A DNA stretch of 63,433 bases, the filler included, from Stramenopiles sp. TOSAG23-3 (taxonomy: Eukaryota), in the NCBI GenBank assembly GCA_900128585.1. It is 47 parts of 47 records of this genome, joined end to end, with 100 filler letters (N's around TTAATTAATTAA, not from the genome) between each part and the next. Parts side by side here need not be neighbours in the genome. Positions count along the whole stretch, not along the records: positions 35,272 to 36,520 come from LT646170.1; positions 36,621 to 37,869 come from LT646171.1; positions 37,970 to 39,218 come from LT646172.1; positions 39,319 to 40,566 come from LT646173.1; positions 40,667 to 41,914 come from LT646174.1; positions 42,015 to 43,261 come from LT646175.1; positions 43,362 to 44,608 come from LT646176.1; positions 44,709 to 45,955 come from LT646177.1; 39 more parts are not named here. The stretch is one strand, 5' to 3'. Position 1 is the first letter of the stretch; every line of letters begins with the position of its first letter. A program made the translations under genes and the position numbers. This document shows positions 35,299 through 46,315 of this stretch, in pieces. The notes under the pieces were generated by a model. It made no database searches and was not told where the DNA came from. It saw only the letters and a program-made list of their open reading frames with translations.

Positions 35299-36520
35299 AT
35301 GAGCCTTCCGCGGGTACAGAACAACGACGAGAACGAGGGGCCAATGCGCTCGAGCATGGTGGGGGACCGGTCCAAGGCGTCGAGCGACCTAAAGCAGCTT
35401 CGGGCTGCATATTCAGAATTGCAAAACCAGTTCGCCCGCTTGCAGGCTTCGGAAGCCTCTGCCAGCTCTCACCTGCAGCAGTCCGCGTCCCAGCTGCAAG
35501 AGTTGCAGGCCCAGGCGGCAAAAAGCAAAAAGGGTTACGAAAAGTACAAGGCGTTGGCGAAGGAACACGAGCACACTATTTTCCAGAATAAAAACGATAT
35601 CAAAACGTACGAAAGCCAGAGGCAGGCGTACAAGAAAGAAGAAAAAGTGCTCCAGGTGAGAATTGTGGAATTGGAGCAAGAGGTACAAAACGCTATTGAG
35701 CGCGCGGCCGACATGCAGGACAAGCTAAACGAAAAGTATGTGGAGGAGGATGAACGAAAAACTCTCGTGCTGCAGCTGGAACAGGAGCTGTCCAATGAAA
35801 TGGAAAAATCCAGCGCGTACAATGGGGAGAAACAGGCGTTGCTTGAAGCCAAAGCGAAGCTTGCCGCCACGGTCGAAGAACTTGAGAATTCTTTGAAAGA
35901 GCACACGAGCAAAAATTCTAGCAGTGCGGGCGAAGTTAAGAGGCTTCAAGACGAACTGGCCGGGCTAGAAGGGGGAATGAAGGCAGCGAAAGACGAAGTC
36001 GCCGCTGCGAGGGCGAGCGCAGAGAACAACCAAAAGTGGTTCGAAGAAAGCCAAGTGGAGCGCAAAAGGCTTGCGGAAGAAGTAGATCGTAGGAGCGATC
36101 GGGAAAAAGAACTGCAGAAGCAAGTGATAAACGGGAACAAGACTCTGCAGACGACGGCGGAGTTAGTGGAGCAGCAAAAAGAAACGCTCCTACAGAAGGA
36201 GCGCCGCATAAGCACTCTTCAAAACGACCTTGCCAAGCTCAGCGCTTCGGAATTCGACACAAAGTCCAATACCGATGCGCTGAACGGGCGAATCAAAGAG
36301 TTGGAGAAAAGCCTACGAATCAGTACTTCGTCTGTCACCCAGTTGACGTCGGAATTGGAAAAGTTGAAGAACCAAAACGACCGGGCCAACAATGCTGCCA
36401 AAAACGCTGCAGAAACGTTGGCGCTGCAGGAGGCGGCCGGTAAGCGCGAGCTGGCCGCCCCTCTTGCCCTCATAGAAGAGTTGGAGCAAGAATTGAAAGA
36501 ATCGCGCCACACAAATAAAA
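35299..36520 (+). CDS. Long coiled-coil protein, partial
   Basis: E/K/Q/L-rich heptad pattern over >400 aa. Confidence 0.85.
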
Positions 36521-36620
36521 NNNNNNNNNNNNNNNNNNNNNNNNNNNNNNNNNNNNNNNNNNNNTTAATTAATTAANNNNNNNNNNNNNNNNNNNNNNNN
36601 NNNNNNNNNNNNNNNNNNNN

Positions 36621-37049
36621 ATTACCACCTACCGGCTATGGAAGCAAATAGATTTTAAACGAAACCGCGAGCTTCTGGTGCTCGGGCGAAAGAATCCGAT
36701 GGAAAGGGATTTTGAAATCGTGCACGAACTGCTGGACAGTGGCAGCGTGGCATTCGGCGATTTGATCGACGAACTTGAATACCAGCTCCGCGCGGGAAAA
36801 GTTGGACAGCACGAGGAAGCCGCCACTACGATACAAAGGTACTGGCGGGGGTACACGGTCCGATCGAAAGAATTCTTCCTCCGAACGGTATTCCACAACG
36901 AATGGAAAGAAAGAGACCGACATGTGTACGAACAGGAAGAAAACAACTTTGAATGTGAATTCTTTCATGAAATTGAAATCGAAGATTTAACCAACATAGC
37001 AACGGTTGAAGAAATGGAACAATCCATCATCACCACCAACAACCTTTAG
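36621..37049 (+). CDS. IQ-motif protein C-terminus
   Basis: AATTIQRYWRGYTVR IQ consensus; frame open from contig start. Confidence 0.75.
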   Translation: MTTYRLWKQIDFKRNRELLVLGRKNPMERDFEIVHELLDSGSVAFGDLIDELEYQLRAGKVGQHEEAATTIQRYWRGYTVRSKEFFLRTVFHNEWKERDRHVYEQEENNFECEFFHEIEIEDLTNIATVEEMEQSIITTNNL

Positions 37050-37484
37050 ATCTGTTCGACGACGACAACCAATCTTTCTAAGCAACAAACAAACAAAGAA
37101 CCAATCGTTCTAAGAAGGAAAGAAAGAAACGAACAAACAAACAAAGAAACGAACAAACAAAGAAATGAACAAATAAACAAAGAAAGGAAGAAAAAATCAA
37201 TCATTCTAAGAAAGAAAGAAACAAACAAAGAAAGAAGAAGCATAATATATACAAACTGATCGATCTGATGATGATTTTTTTTTGTGTTAGTAAACTTCTC
37301 AATTCCAGATCCCCACAGAGGAGTCCAGAGGATGATGATGATGTAAAAGTAGAATGGAGTTAGTGTTACATAAAATAACATTGAATAACAAAGAAAATGA
37401 CGAAAACACTTAGAATTTTAACCTTCAGCTTATTCCTATGTGAATTATAGTTATTTTCATATAATAATACAAAAGAAGAAGAAG

Positions 37485-37588
37485 TTCTTTTTTTCTTCTT
37501 CTCTTCTTTCTTCTTTTCTTTCTTCTTCTTTATCTTCTTCTTCTTTATCTTCTTCTTCTTTATCTTCTTTCTTTCTTTCTTTCTTTCT

Positions 37589-37629
<41 letters not shown>

Positions 37630-37850
37630 TTTTCTTTCTTCTTTTATCTTCTTCTTCTTTCTTCTTTTATCTTCTTCTTCTTTCTTTCTTTCGTTCGTTC
37701 TTTCTTTCTTTCTTTCTTTCTTTCTTTTGTTTTCTTCTTCCTCTTCTTTCTTTCTTGCGTTTTGCGCTCTTTCTTTCTTCTTTTTCTTTTTCTTCTTCTT
37801 CTTTCTTTCTTCTTCTTCTTCTTTTTTTAATTATTTTTCCTTCTTCATTT
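37485..37850. repeat. Polypyrimidine (TTC/TTTC) low-complexity tract
   Basis: ~360 nt dominated by T and C. Confidence 0.95.
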
Positions 37851-37969
37851 TCAAATACTTCTTCAATTTNNNNNNNNNNNNNNNNNNNNNNNNNNNNNNN
37901 NNNNNNNNNNNNNTTAATTAATTAANNNNNNNNNNNNNNNNNNNNNNNNNNNNNNNNNNNNNNNNNNNN

Positions 37970-39218
37970 TTACCTATGGAAAGTGGCCTGGCGTTTGCAC
38001 GTACAACAAAGGGTACAAATGCAACCATGTTCGCTTTTGGGTCAGGGGCCCGCCATCGCCCGTGCGGTTAGGCGACACACGTTCAACACCTGCCGTGAGC
38101 TGCCAGGAAATTTATGAAGACAGGAAACGGACGACGTTGGGCCTGGAGGATGGCCTGTACTGGCTCAAAACGGCGGCGAACAAAAAGGCCAGCCGTACTA
38201 TGTGTTCATTTCAATGGATTATGGGCGATTCACGTTTCAAGCCCGCCGCTAGCTGCCGTGCAATTTACGAAGACAAGAAAGGGGAAGCACAGTGCAAGAA
38301 GAAATCTGAAACCATGCAAGTCCCGAGGAAACAGCGGTGCCAAACGTTCAGGGCGGCAACATTCAAAGCTGTCAAAGGAAAGCGCTACTCTATCACTGTG
38401 AAAGGAGAGATGGCAAAATCGCGTGGTCCAAGGTGGGACGGGGGACACTGCACCTACATTCAAGTTGATGGAACGAAGAAATTCTTTCAGCAGCCTGGTT
38501 TCGAATCTTGCAACCTGAAGAAAAGCCGTCGCTACAAGGACAATTGGAGCGTTGTTGCATCAAGCAAAAACGTACCGATCAATATCGATTGGACAGGTGA
38601 AGTAAACCTTTCGGAGATTGTCGTCTACACTGTCCATTGCGAAGGTTACTTTGAGCATTCCAAACCGCTCACCGTGTCCGTGAAGCAATTGGGATGTAGC
38701 GATGCAGATCCTGAAGATGGCCGTTACTGGATAAAAGCGGGTAGCAAAGTGGTTCACGCCATGTGCAAATTTGCTCAAGGCACAGGCTCGAACCAATTCT
38801 TTCACAGCTACAAAACGGCCGTGGATACAAATGGGGACAACCCAAGTGCGCCTACGTATTCAATTTTGAAACACGTAGGCAGTTTTTCTGACGAAAAGGG
38901 AAAGTTTGAGTTTCTTTACGAAAATGTTCAGCACGGCTATTGGGTTTGGAGTCAACAGAACGAGAACCCGCTTTCGCGAAGTCAGTGCCCCACAACGGAC
39001 TTTTCGGGCAGCAAAGGAGTTGTCAAAGCGAACTTTAAACCTGGCGATAGTGGTGGTCTCTTTTGTGGGTATGCAAAGCATAAAGATGCCGCACTGGTTG
39101 GGTACCCCCCCAATTGGACACACGGTGTTGGGCAGTACGTTACCTATGGAAAGTGGCCTGGCGTTTGCACGTACAACAAAGGGTACAAATGCAACCATGT
39201 TCGCTTTTGGGTCAGGGG
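37970..39218 (+). repeat. 79-bp identical direct repeat at both contig ends (37970-38048 = 39140-39218)
   Basis: Exact match; offset 1170 nt = 390 codons. Confidence 0.97.
37972..39218 (+). CDS. Extracellular repeat protein with fibrinogen/collagen-C-propeptide-N-like (SC..I...DG.YW) modules, partial
   Basis: PAVSCQEIY...DGLYWL...MCSF and PAASCRAIY...DGRYWI...MCKF; later YSIL...KFEFLY...WVWSQ..NPL; frame open throughout. Confidence 0.75.
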
Positions 39219-39447
39219 NNNNNNNNNNNNNNNNNNNNNNNNNNNNNNNNNNNNNNNNNNNNTTAATTAATTAANNNNNNNNNNNNNNNNNNNNNNNNNN
39301 NNNNNNNNNNNNNNNNNNCAGGTATGGTACCACCACCAACCGGTCGTCGGTAGAAAACAAAAAAATGTGTGAATGAATGTTCTCCTCTAATTGATCTATT
39401 TTATTACTGTGCATTTTTGAAATTACGTTTTCTGTAAATGTCAATGT

Positions 39448-40566
39448 ATGAAGAAAACAATTCTATTATTGCTGAGGCATTTGTGTGGCTTAATATACAG
39501 CAGCAACAAACATGTCGTTTCTACGCGTTTCCTGATTGATCCTACGACTCGTCGCGGGCCTGAAGCTTTGTTGCTTGGCACAATGGTTGTGGGGGTGCAC
39601 GTAAACGGCAGGGGCGGTCCGATGTGTTCGCGCGCGTTTCTAACACTGGTCGGTCTGATCAGCCTAGCCTGTTTTTACACCATTGCGAAGTTTTCACAAA
39701 AACTGGGCTATGGTTTTAGAGCGAAAGAGCGCCTATTGGCCAAGCCTTACTCATGGGAAACGGTCGCTCAGAACCTGACTCGAGGCCTCCCGAGCAGGTT
39801 TCAGGCCAACCTCCAGTTGTATTTGGACCGCGGTGAGTGCACGGTTCCACAGCTTATTCACCAAACCTGGAAGTCAGAAAAAATACCAAAGCGGTATGCT
39901 AAGTACGTAGCATCGTGGCTTAGGGTCAATCGGGATTGGAAGTACTCCTTTACCACGAACGAAATGAACAGGGAGCTCATTGCAAAGCGCTTTCCTGAGT
40001 TTCTAAAGATATACGATGGTTACCGCAGCGATATTCAACGCGCCGATTTTGTCCGATACTTTCTACTGTATGAATTTGGGGGCGTGTATGCTGATATCGA
40101 TTTCGAAGCGTTGAAGCCGTTGCAAGGGGCGCTTGCGGGCCACTCGTGCATCGTGGGCCAGGAGCCCTACGAGCACGCCCATGTGCTGTATGACCTTCGC
40201 AGATTGATTTGCAATGCAGTCATGGTATCTTGTCGGCACCACCCCTTTTGGCTTGCAGTGTTCCAAGAGTTGATCGTTCGGAAAGAGATCAAAACTGTGC
40301 GAGCAACTGGCCCAAAGATGCTTTCTGCCGCGTTAGAACAGTATGAGTCCCTGCAGGCCGCCGTAGAAAATAACCAGCACAGTTCAAAAGGTATGCCAGT
40401 GTTGCCTAAAGTTCACATTCCGCGCCCCTCACAATTCTACCCATTTTTTGACGAAACGAACGTTAACCATCGGCTCATTTGTGCAAAGTCCCTTCAAACT
40501 GCGAGTGCCCGCAGGCGAAAGGCGTGCAAACACCTTCGTGCAAACCATTTTAGAAACAATAAAACG
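39448..40566 (+). CDS. Glycosyltransferase family 32 (DXD; OCH1/SUR1-like), 3'-truncated; true start probably further downstream
   Basis: VPQLIHQTWK, IQRADFVRYFLLYEFGGVYADID, NAVM...HHPFW, ATGPKML; N-terminal TM. Confidence 0.93.
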
Positions 40567-40667
40567 NNNNNNNNNNNNNNNNNNNNNNNNNNNNNNNNNN
40601 NNNNNNNNNNTTAATTAATTAANNNNNNNNNNNNNNNNNNNNNNNNNNNNNNNNNNNNNNNNNNNNT

Positions 40668-41123
40668 GCCGGGGACGAGGCCAGCATCCAATGCGGTATT
40701 GAATGGTCCATTGCGTCCACGGCGAATTACTTGATCGGCCTGTGCTTGACAAGCAACGCGGAAGGGTTGCGCGACCTTGCGAACCGGCCGAACCCTAAAT
40801 CGTTCTTTGTCAGCGACCCGATCATAGCGTCCTGCGATACGGACGACGTGGAAGTGTACAGGGCAACGAAAGAGTCGCGCATGGACAAGGACGGGGCCAC
40901 GGTCTATACGTTCCACCTTAGTTTTCAACGCCGGGCGGAAGCCGGCGAGGGCGTTGCCGACGTAGGCTTCGCTTTCTCCAACGTTGGCGCCGGCACGATG
41001 GCTCGTTTTCTTCACCCAGAAGCAGCCGAAGGCTGCACGTTTCAAGACGGTACGCTTTTGGTGGCCGCCGTGCCCGGCGGAAAGCGCCTGAACGTCTGCG
41101 TCGAGTTGTCTAAAACAGTATAA
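40668..41123 (+). CDS. Hypothetical protein C-terminus
   Basis: GC-rich open frame from contig start to TAA, followed by AT-rich intergenic DNA. Confidence 0.6.
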   Translation, partial: AGDEASIQCGIEWSIASTANYLIGLCLTSNAEGLRDLANRPNPKSFFVSDPIIASCDTDDVEVYRATKESRMDKDGATVYTFHLSFQRRAEAGEGVADVGFAFSNVGAGTMARFLHPEAAEGCTFQDGTLLVAAVPGGKRLNVCVELSKTV

Positions 41124-41490
41124 TATGATCTTGTGCACTGCAGCTCCCCTTGTCGTTACAAATTTTACTGCGTGGTGTTGAAACTAAAGAGAGTTAAAAA
41201 ATATTGTGTTTGTATACATTCTCTCGAAGCTTTCAAGTGAAATTTTTCAGCTGCTTGTAAATTCAAAATAAATACACTGCACTTATAAAAACAAATTCCT
41301 GCATGTATTATATAATTTGTTTTTCTAAAATAAAAAACAAATTCTTAAACAACAGAAGCCAATATTTTGTTTTTAAAAACTTCTTTGTACTTATCTTATC
41401 ATATTTTATACCGAACAATAAAAAGGTCATGGTGTACGCATGGTCTGCGACAAGAATGGAAGAAAGTTTTCGTACTCCTCTCCCTGTTTT

Positions 41491-41913
41491 TTACCTTTGC
41501 TCACTGCGCCCCGGGGGTCGCCAGCCAGCCAGCCCTTTCTTCTCCAGAAACTGTGCCACTGCAATACTGCGGTGGTCAAAGTATGGGCCAGCAACACACT
41601 GGACACTCAGCGGCATGCCGTTTGCTCCAGAAATTCCCAGAGGGATGGCTGTGCTGGGAAATTCCAGCACGTTGAACAGGCATGTGCTGCCTACGTCCAG
41701 AAAGCGAAGGATGCCCTCGTGGTGCCGGAACGCCGTCGACGGGAGCGTTGGTAAGAGGAGAACACACGCCCGCTGCGTCAGCAACTTGGTCAACTGTGTT
41801 TTCTCTGTTTCGAACTCCTTCACCAGCCGAACACGTTCGGACGGGAAGAGGTTCACGATCATCTCAAAAACGGCCAGGCCAATGGCAGGAATCGTGTGCA
41901 GCGTAGACTGTCG
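41491..41913 (-). CDS. Amidase-signature enzyme C-terminus (FAAH2-like)
   Basis: VLLLPTLPSTAFRH, TCLFNVLEFPSTAIPLG, GMPLSVQCVAGPYFD, AQFLEK..AGWRPP. Confidence 0.88.
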   Translation of the reverse strand, partial: RQSTLHTIPAIGLAVFEMIVNLFPSERVRLVKEFETEKTQLTKLLTQRACVLLLPTLPSTAFRHHEGILRFLDVGSTCLFNVLEFPSTAIPLGISGANGMPLSVQCVAGPYFDHRSIAVAQFLEKKGLAGWRPPGRSEQR

Positions 41914-42015
41914 CNNNNNNNNNNNNNNNNNNNNNNNNNNNNNNNNNNNNNNNNNNNNTTAATTAATTAANNNNNNNNNNNNNNNNNNNNNNNNNNNNNN
42001 NNNNNNNNNNNNNNG

Positions 42016-43261
42016 CATTTTGGGATTTTATTACAGAAATATCTATCGTTTCGGGAAGTGAGAGATTTAAAAATAAAAAATGCACAAAAAGATATGCTGA
42101 CAATGATGAAGAATAGAATGCGAAAACTTGATCCGACAAATATAGCAAAATACTCTCAGCGTTTCCGGACGGAATTATTTTGTGGACTAAATCCAACTGT
42201 CCAATATAGAATATGTAACCAAATGATGAGGCCGAAAGCAGGGCCGCTGTCACGCCATCGTGCTTTTGCTGTGACTTATGCACGACGACAACAAACGGCG
42301 ACATTGGTCCTAAAGAACAGAATCGCTTTAATCAAGCACCTCCAAATATTGCACAAAAGAAGAGTTCAAAGTGCAGAAAAATGGATGATAGTTGAATTAG
42401 AAAATTCCTTCAATGAACAAGCAACGTCAAATGAATTATGTTTTTCCAAAGAAATACAGCGCATTAACAATTCTTTAAATAGTGAACACCACAACACTTA
42501 TACTGACACTGGAAAGGATTACAAAAATGACTATGAGCAAGACATGGCATTTGTCAAAACTTTCAAGTTATGCATCTCAGCACTATTTGTGTACCCTGCC
42601 AAAGGAATCAGAAACGTGAATGGGCATCGCGATACTAGAGGCTTATCCTATGGACTGGATCGATTAATTGAGGGGAAAATCAAAAGACGTATGCCCCATA
42701 AAATGATTTGTTTTAAACGCCAAGACAAAAGTTTGTGGGGTTGTTGGGGTCAATTGTTGAGTCGAAGAACCGAACATGATTGGTCTTTGTTTTTTAATGC
42801 TTTACAAATGAGCAAAATTCGGGTAACGAAAACTCAGACAGAACAAATTGTAAAACTGGTTCAGCTGAAGTACAAGCGAATATTCTTATTTAAAACGTCT
42901 TTCCTTTTAAATTCCTTGTGTTTTATTCAGAGGCGCTATGACGAGGCAAATACGTTCGGAGAAATACTGAAAGTCTTCAGCATCAAATACAATATTAATT
43001 TGGGAGTAAGAATTACTCGACTGTGCTTAGGAAACATGAAAGTATTGTCGAACAATTACAAGAGCTATAATATGTTCGCTCGAAAAAAATTCTGTCAGTC
43101 TATATCATCAGGATCTCGGTTTCTTTTAATTAAAATACTTCACCGCAATCAAGTCAAAAACAGACAAATTGCAATTTTAAAACAAATTATTGTGAAAACA
43201 ACGAATGCGCCCATAGGTAATTTATTCTGTCAAATTGCATTGGTGAAGCATAGGCAAGCAA
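42016..43261 (+). CDS. Hypothetical basic protein, AT-rich codons, partial
   Basis: ~415-codon open frame in AT-rich DNA, unlikely by chance. Confidence 0.65.
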
Positions 43262-43408
43262 NNNNNNNNNNNNNNNNNNNNNNNNNNNNNNNNNNNNNNN
43301 NNNNNTTAATTAATTAANNNNNNNNNNNNNNNNNNNNNNNNNNNNNNNNNNNNNNNNNNNNAAAGGGTAAATACACACACGCTCTAATTCTTACGAAGTG
43401 AGAAATAC

Positions 43409-44584
43409 TTAATTGCCAGTGGAAGGGCACTTCTCAACGTCGGAAATTACAGCGGACACGGCGGCGTGGAGCGGTTTGTCTTCCAGGCAAACGGTGCCTC
43501 CTCCCCGTTGACGCTGCGATGTCATCCTATTGATTCCGCCGATGCACGTGATCGGTGTGCCAGCATCCTGAGACACTCCATACTTGGAATGGTCTCGTGT
43601 GTAGCTCCAAGTATTGCCGCCACCAAAATCGACGTTCTCCACGTTCAAGGAAGTGTAGGTCCCTGTGCAGTTGGAGTCCTCCTCTGGGCTCCTTCTCCAG
43701 GTCTCCCAGAAGAAACTGTCGCGAAATTCTTGCTCTACGAAGTCTACGTACAAGTCCTCTCCCCATTTTCTCGATTTTGCAAACGAAGTAAACTCCGTGT
43801 TCCCGGTCGTTTGAATCTTCTTCATGCTTGTCAACGTGTCAACATCTTCGCCGTTGATCAGGGATGCCATGGTGGGCACGTCCTCGGCAAGCGAGGACGG
43901 CATGTTGGAGTAGCACATGCCCGGGGTGAGCGCTTGAATTTGGTGGCTGGCCACCTCGACGTTGTCAGTATTGAGGCTCATGCAGAGAAAGGACTGGCCG
44001 TAGGTATCGTCCCCGGTCCACTGAAAGCTATCAAGGTCCATGTTGACCATTTTCGGGACGCTGTGCACTACCCAAAAGCCATTCTTCCCGTCAAAGGCCA
44101 GGACACCCTTGGAGTGCGCCGCCTTGACGCCCAGACGTCGCTTGGCGCGGCTGGCTTGGGCCGCGTCATCTGGGCACTCGTCGTTCCACGAGGCGTACGC
44201 CGTGCTCTCTTTGTCTTCAAAAATTTGTTGGACCGTAGCGCCAAAGCAGCTGCTTTTCTCGTCAAGGGTTACACCGCTCAAAATTTCGAGACTGCTCGAA
44301 CCATCCGAGTTAGCGTCACGGTAGGCAAACGAGAAGCCACCCGGGGCTTTGAAAGCGACCCACCAGTCCACTTCCTTCCCGTTGTTGTCGAGGCAGGAGA
44401 GACCGCCGTGGGACGGGCCAGGCGCTGGCCCCGCAGCGGAGCAGTGACCATTCTCCCATCGGCATCCCAACGAACTGCCCTTGCAACCGCTTTCGGACTC
44501 ATACTGAGAGCAGTTCGTGTACCGCGCCGTTACCGATGGCGCACAGGCCACTGCTGCAAGAAAAAACAGCGCGCACTTCATCAT
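43409..44584 (-). CDS. DNASE2: Deoxyribonuclease II (lysosomal acid DNase, plancitoxin-like), complete
   Basis: Signal peptide, SCLDNNGKEVDWWVAFK, two HxK motifs (AHSKG, DHSKY), GFWVVHSVPK, YGQSFLC, INRMTSQRQRGGGTVC. Confidence 0.96.
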   Translation of the reverse strand: MMKCALFFLAAVACAPSVTARYTNCSQYESESGCKGSSLGCRWENGHCSAAGPAPGPSHGGLSCLDNNGKEVDWWVAFKAPGGFSFAYRDANSDGSSSLEILSGVTLDEKSSCFGATVQQIFEDKESTAYASWNDECPDDAAQASRAKRRLGVKAAHSKGVLAFDGKNGFWVVHSVPKMVNMDLDSFQWTGDDTYGQSFLCMSLNTDNVEVASHQIQALTPGMCYSNMPSSLAEDVPTMASLINGEDVDTLTSMKKIQTTGNTEFTSFAKSRKWGEDLYVDFVEQEFRDSFFWETWRRSPEEDSNCTGTYTSLNVENVDFGGGNTWSYTRDHSKYGVSQDAGTPITCIGGINRMTSQRQRGGGTVCLEDKPLHAAVSAVISDVEKCPSTGN

Positions 44585-45004
44585 TTTGTGTGGTTCGGTC
44601 GGTTAGTTNNNNNNNNNNNNNNNNNNNNNNNNNNNNNNNNNNNNNNNNNNNNTTAATTAATTAANNNNNNNNNNNNNNNNNNNNNNNNNNNNNNNNNNNN
44701 NNNNNNNNTTTTGTCCGTATAAATACCAACTTTTGTATCACATATGCGGTACGTCATCCCCCATTCAGCATTATGGATTTCATCTCGATCAAAGTGGGTG
44801 TACTATAGGGCAAATGGAAAGCCAATACCTAGACATAGGGTCCACCCGGATTACTTGTGACCTTCCGACACATTTCTTTCGATCCTCGAAAAAAATTCAA
44901 AAAGTTTTCGATCCTCGGAAAAAATTATCCATCAGTCCAACCCAAACATACATTCAGCTCGCTCAATGACAAAAGCCGTCGATATCCTGAAACAACCCGT
45001 GCGA

Positions 45005-45442
45005 CTACGGACGAATGGTTATCTCATGGGTAGGATCAACTCTAGAGAATGCTAGAACATCTTCGTAAAGGGACATCGCCAAGGCGTCAAATCCTGAACG
45101 GTAAGGCCCCAATCGCTCTATAAACAACTCCTCCTCCATCGTTGCGATGAACACCCAGCTTTTAACGTTGCATTTTAACTCCATCATATACACGGCCGGG
45201 TTGTTCGCCGCTTCCAGTTGGCGCACGCACTGGTGGATATACAACAGCTGAATATTTCTTATTTTCGAGCGCCAGTTTTCCAAACGAAGAAAGTCCTTGA
45301 CGAAGAAATCCCAGCGCGGCGACTCTAGGATGTCCAGCGATGCTCCATCTTGCAATAGCCTGTCAACTTCATCGAAATCACCGTGCAATACCAGCTCGTC
45401 GAGAGACTCTTCTATGGAAGAATCAGAAGAACTATCGTACAT
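45005..45442 (-). CDS. Hypothetical protein, virus-like contig
   Basis: 145-aa ORF starting 2 nt after the stop of the upstream ORF; weak ankyrin-like GDFDEVDRLLQDGASLD. Confidence 0.6.
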   Translation of the reverse strand: MYDSSSDSSIEESLDELVLHGDFDEVDRLLQDGASLDILESPRWDFFVKDFLRLENWRSKIRNIQLLYIHQCVRQLEAANNPAVYMMELKCNVKSWVFIATMEEELFIERLGPYRSGFDALAMSLYEDVLAFSRVDPTHEITIRP

Positions 45443-45444
45443 AC

Positions 45445-45870
45445 CTACAAGACAATTCGAGTGGGCTTATATACATAGCAACTTTTCCTGTCCGCTCCAT
45501 AGTCTCTCAATGGATAATATTGCTTCACCAGTTCCCATTTTATCCGTACACCATCGTACTGGAACCAACAGTGATCTGGAAGATGTTCAGACGGTTTAAA
45601 CGCTTCGCAGGAGAGTTCCAACAGTCCGTCCTTGGTTTTAATATCGTGGTACTGCTTGGGCAAAAAGTACAAGCCGGTTTTCATATCCCGGCCTCGGCAT
45701 TTGTCTAGTATTGTTTTACCATCCGTGAGTGTTACAAGGTGTTTCGATGGGCATCCTTGCGCTCTATGAGCTACAGAACATTGATTGGACGCTTTCCCAT
45801 CCTGATCGAATTGATATATCAAGTATTCACGATAGGAACCTCCGAAATATTCCCAAACTATGAGATGCAT
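45445..45870 (-). CDS. Hypothetical protein, virus-like contig
   Basis: 141-aa ORF with AATAGTATAAAT 20 nt upstream of ATG. Confidence 0.65.
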   Translation of the reverse strand: MHLIVWEYFGGSYREYLIYQFDQDGKASNQCSVAHRAQGCPSKHLVTLTDGKTILDKCRGRDMKTGLYFLPKQYHDIKTKDGLLELSCEAFKPSEHLPDHCWFQYDGVRIKWELVKQYYPLRDYGADRKSCYVYKPTRIVL

Positions 45871-46315
45871 TTCTATATTGTATTACATCCATTTATACTA
45901 TTATTTTTCAAGTACATTGAATAACCAGTAAAGCATTTCTCCTTGTATTTCAATANNNNNNNNNNNNNNNNNNNNNNNNNNNNNNNNNNNNNNNNNNNNT
46001 TAATTAATTAANNNNNNNNNNNNNNNNNNNNNNNNNNNNNNNNNNNNNNNNNNNNCTTCTTTTACTTCTTCTTGTTCTTCTTCTTTCTTCTTTTTCTTCT
46101 TTTACTTCTTCTTCTTCTTCTTGTTGTCATCTGTGCATATTTAAACTAGACTATAGACTCCTCGTACAGTACTATTAGGAACAAAAAAAATAGTCACAAT
46201 AAGAAAAAGAAGAAGACTGACATTGAAAGAGGCTACAAGGAGACGTTTGCTTGACCATTTTAAAGGTACGCCGTCTGTGTTCCTTTCCATCTTTCTTTCC
46301 TTCTTTCTCCCCCAT

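Noticed and set aside
43466-44608. 396-aa plus-strand ORF antisense to DNase II
   Set aside because: Antisense shadow of a GC3-rich gene; no recognisable motifs.
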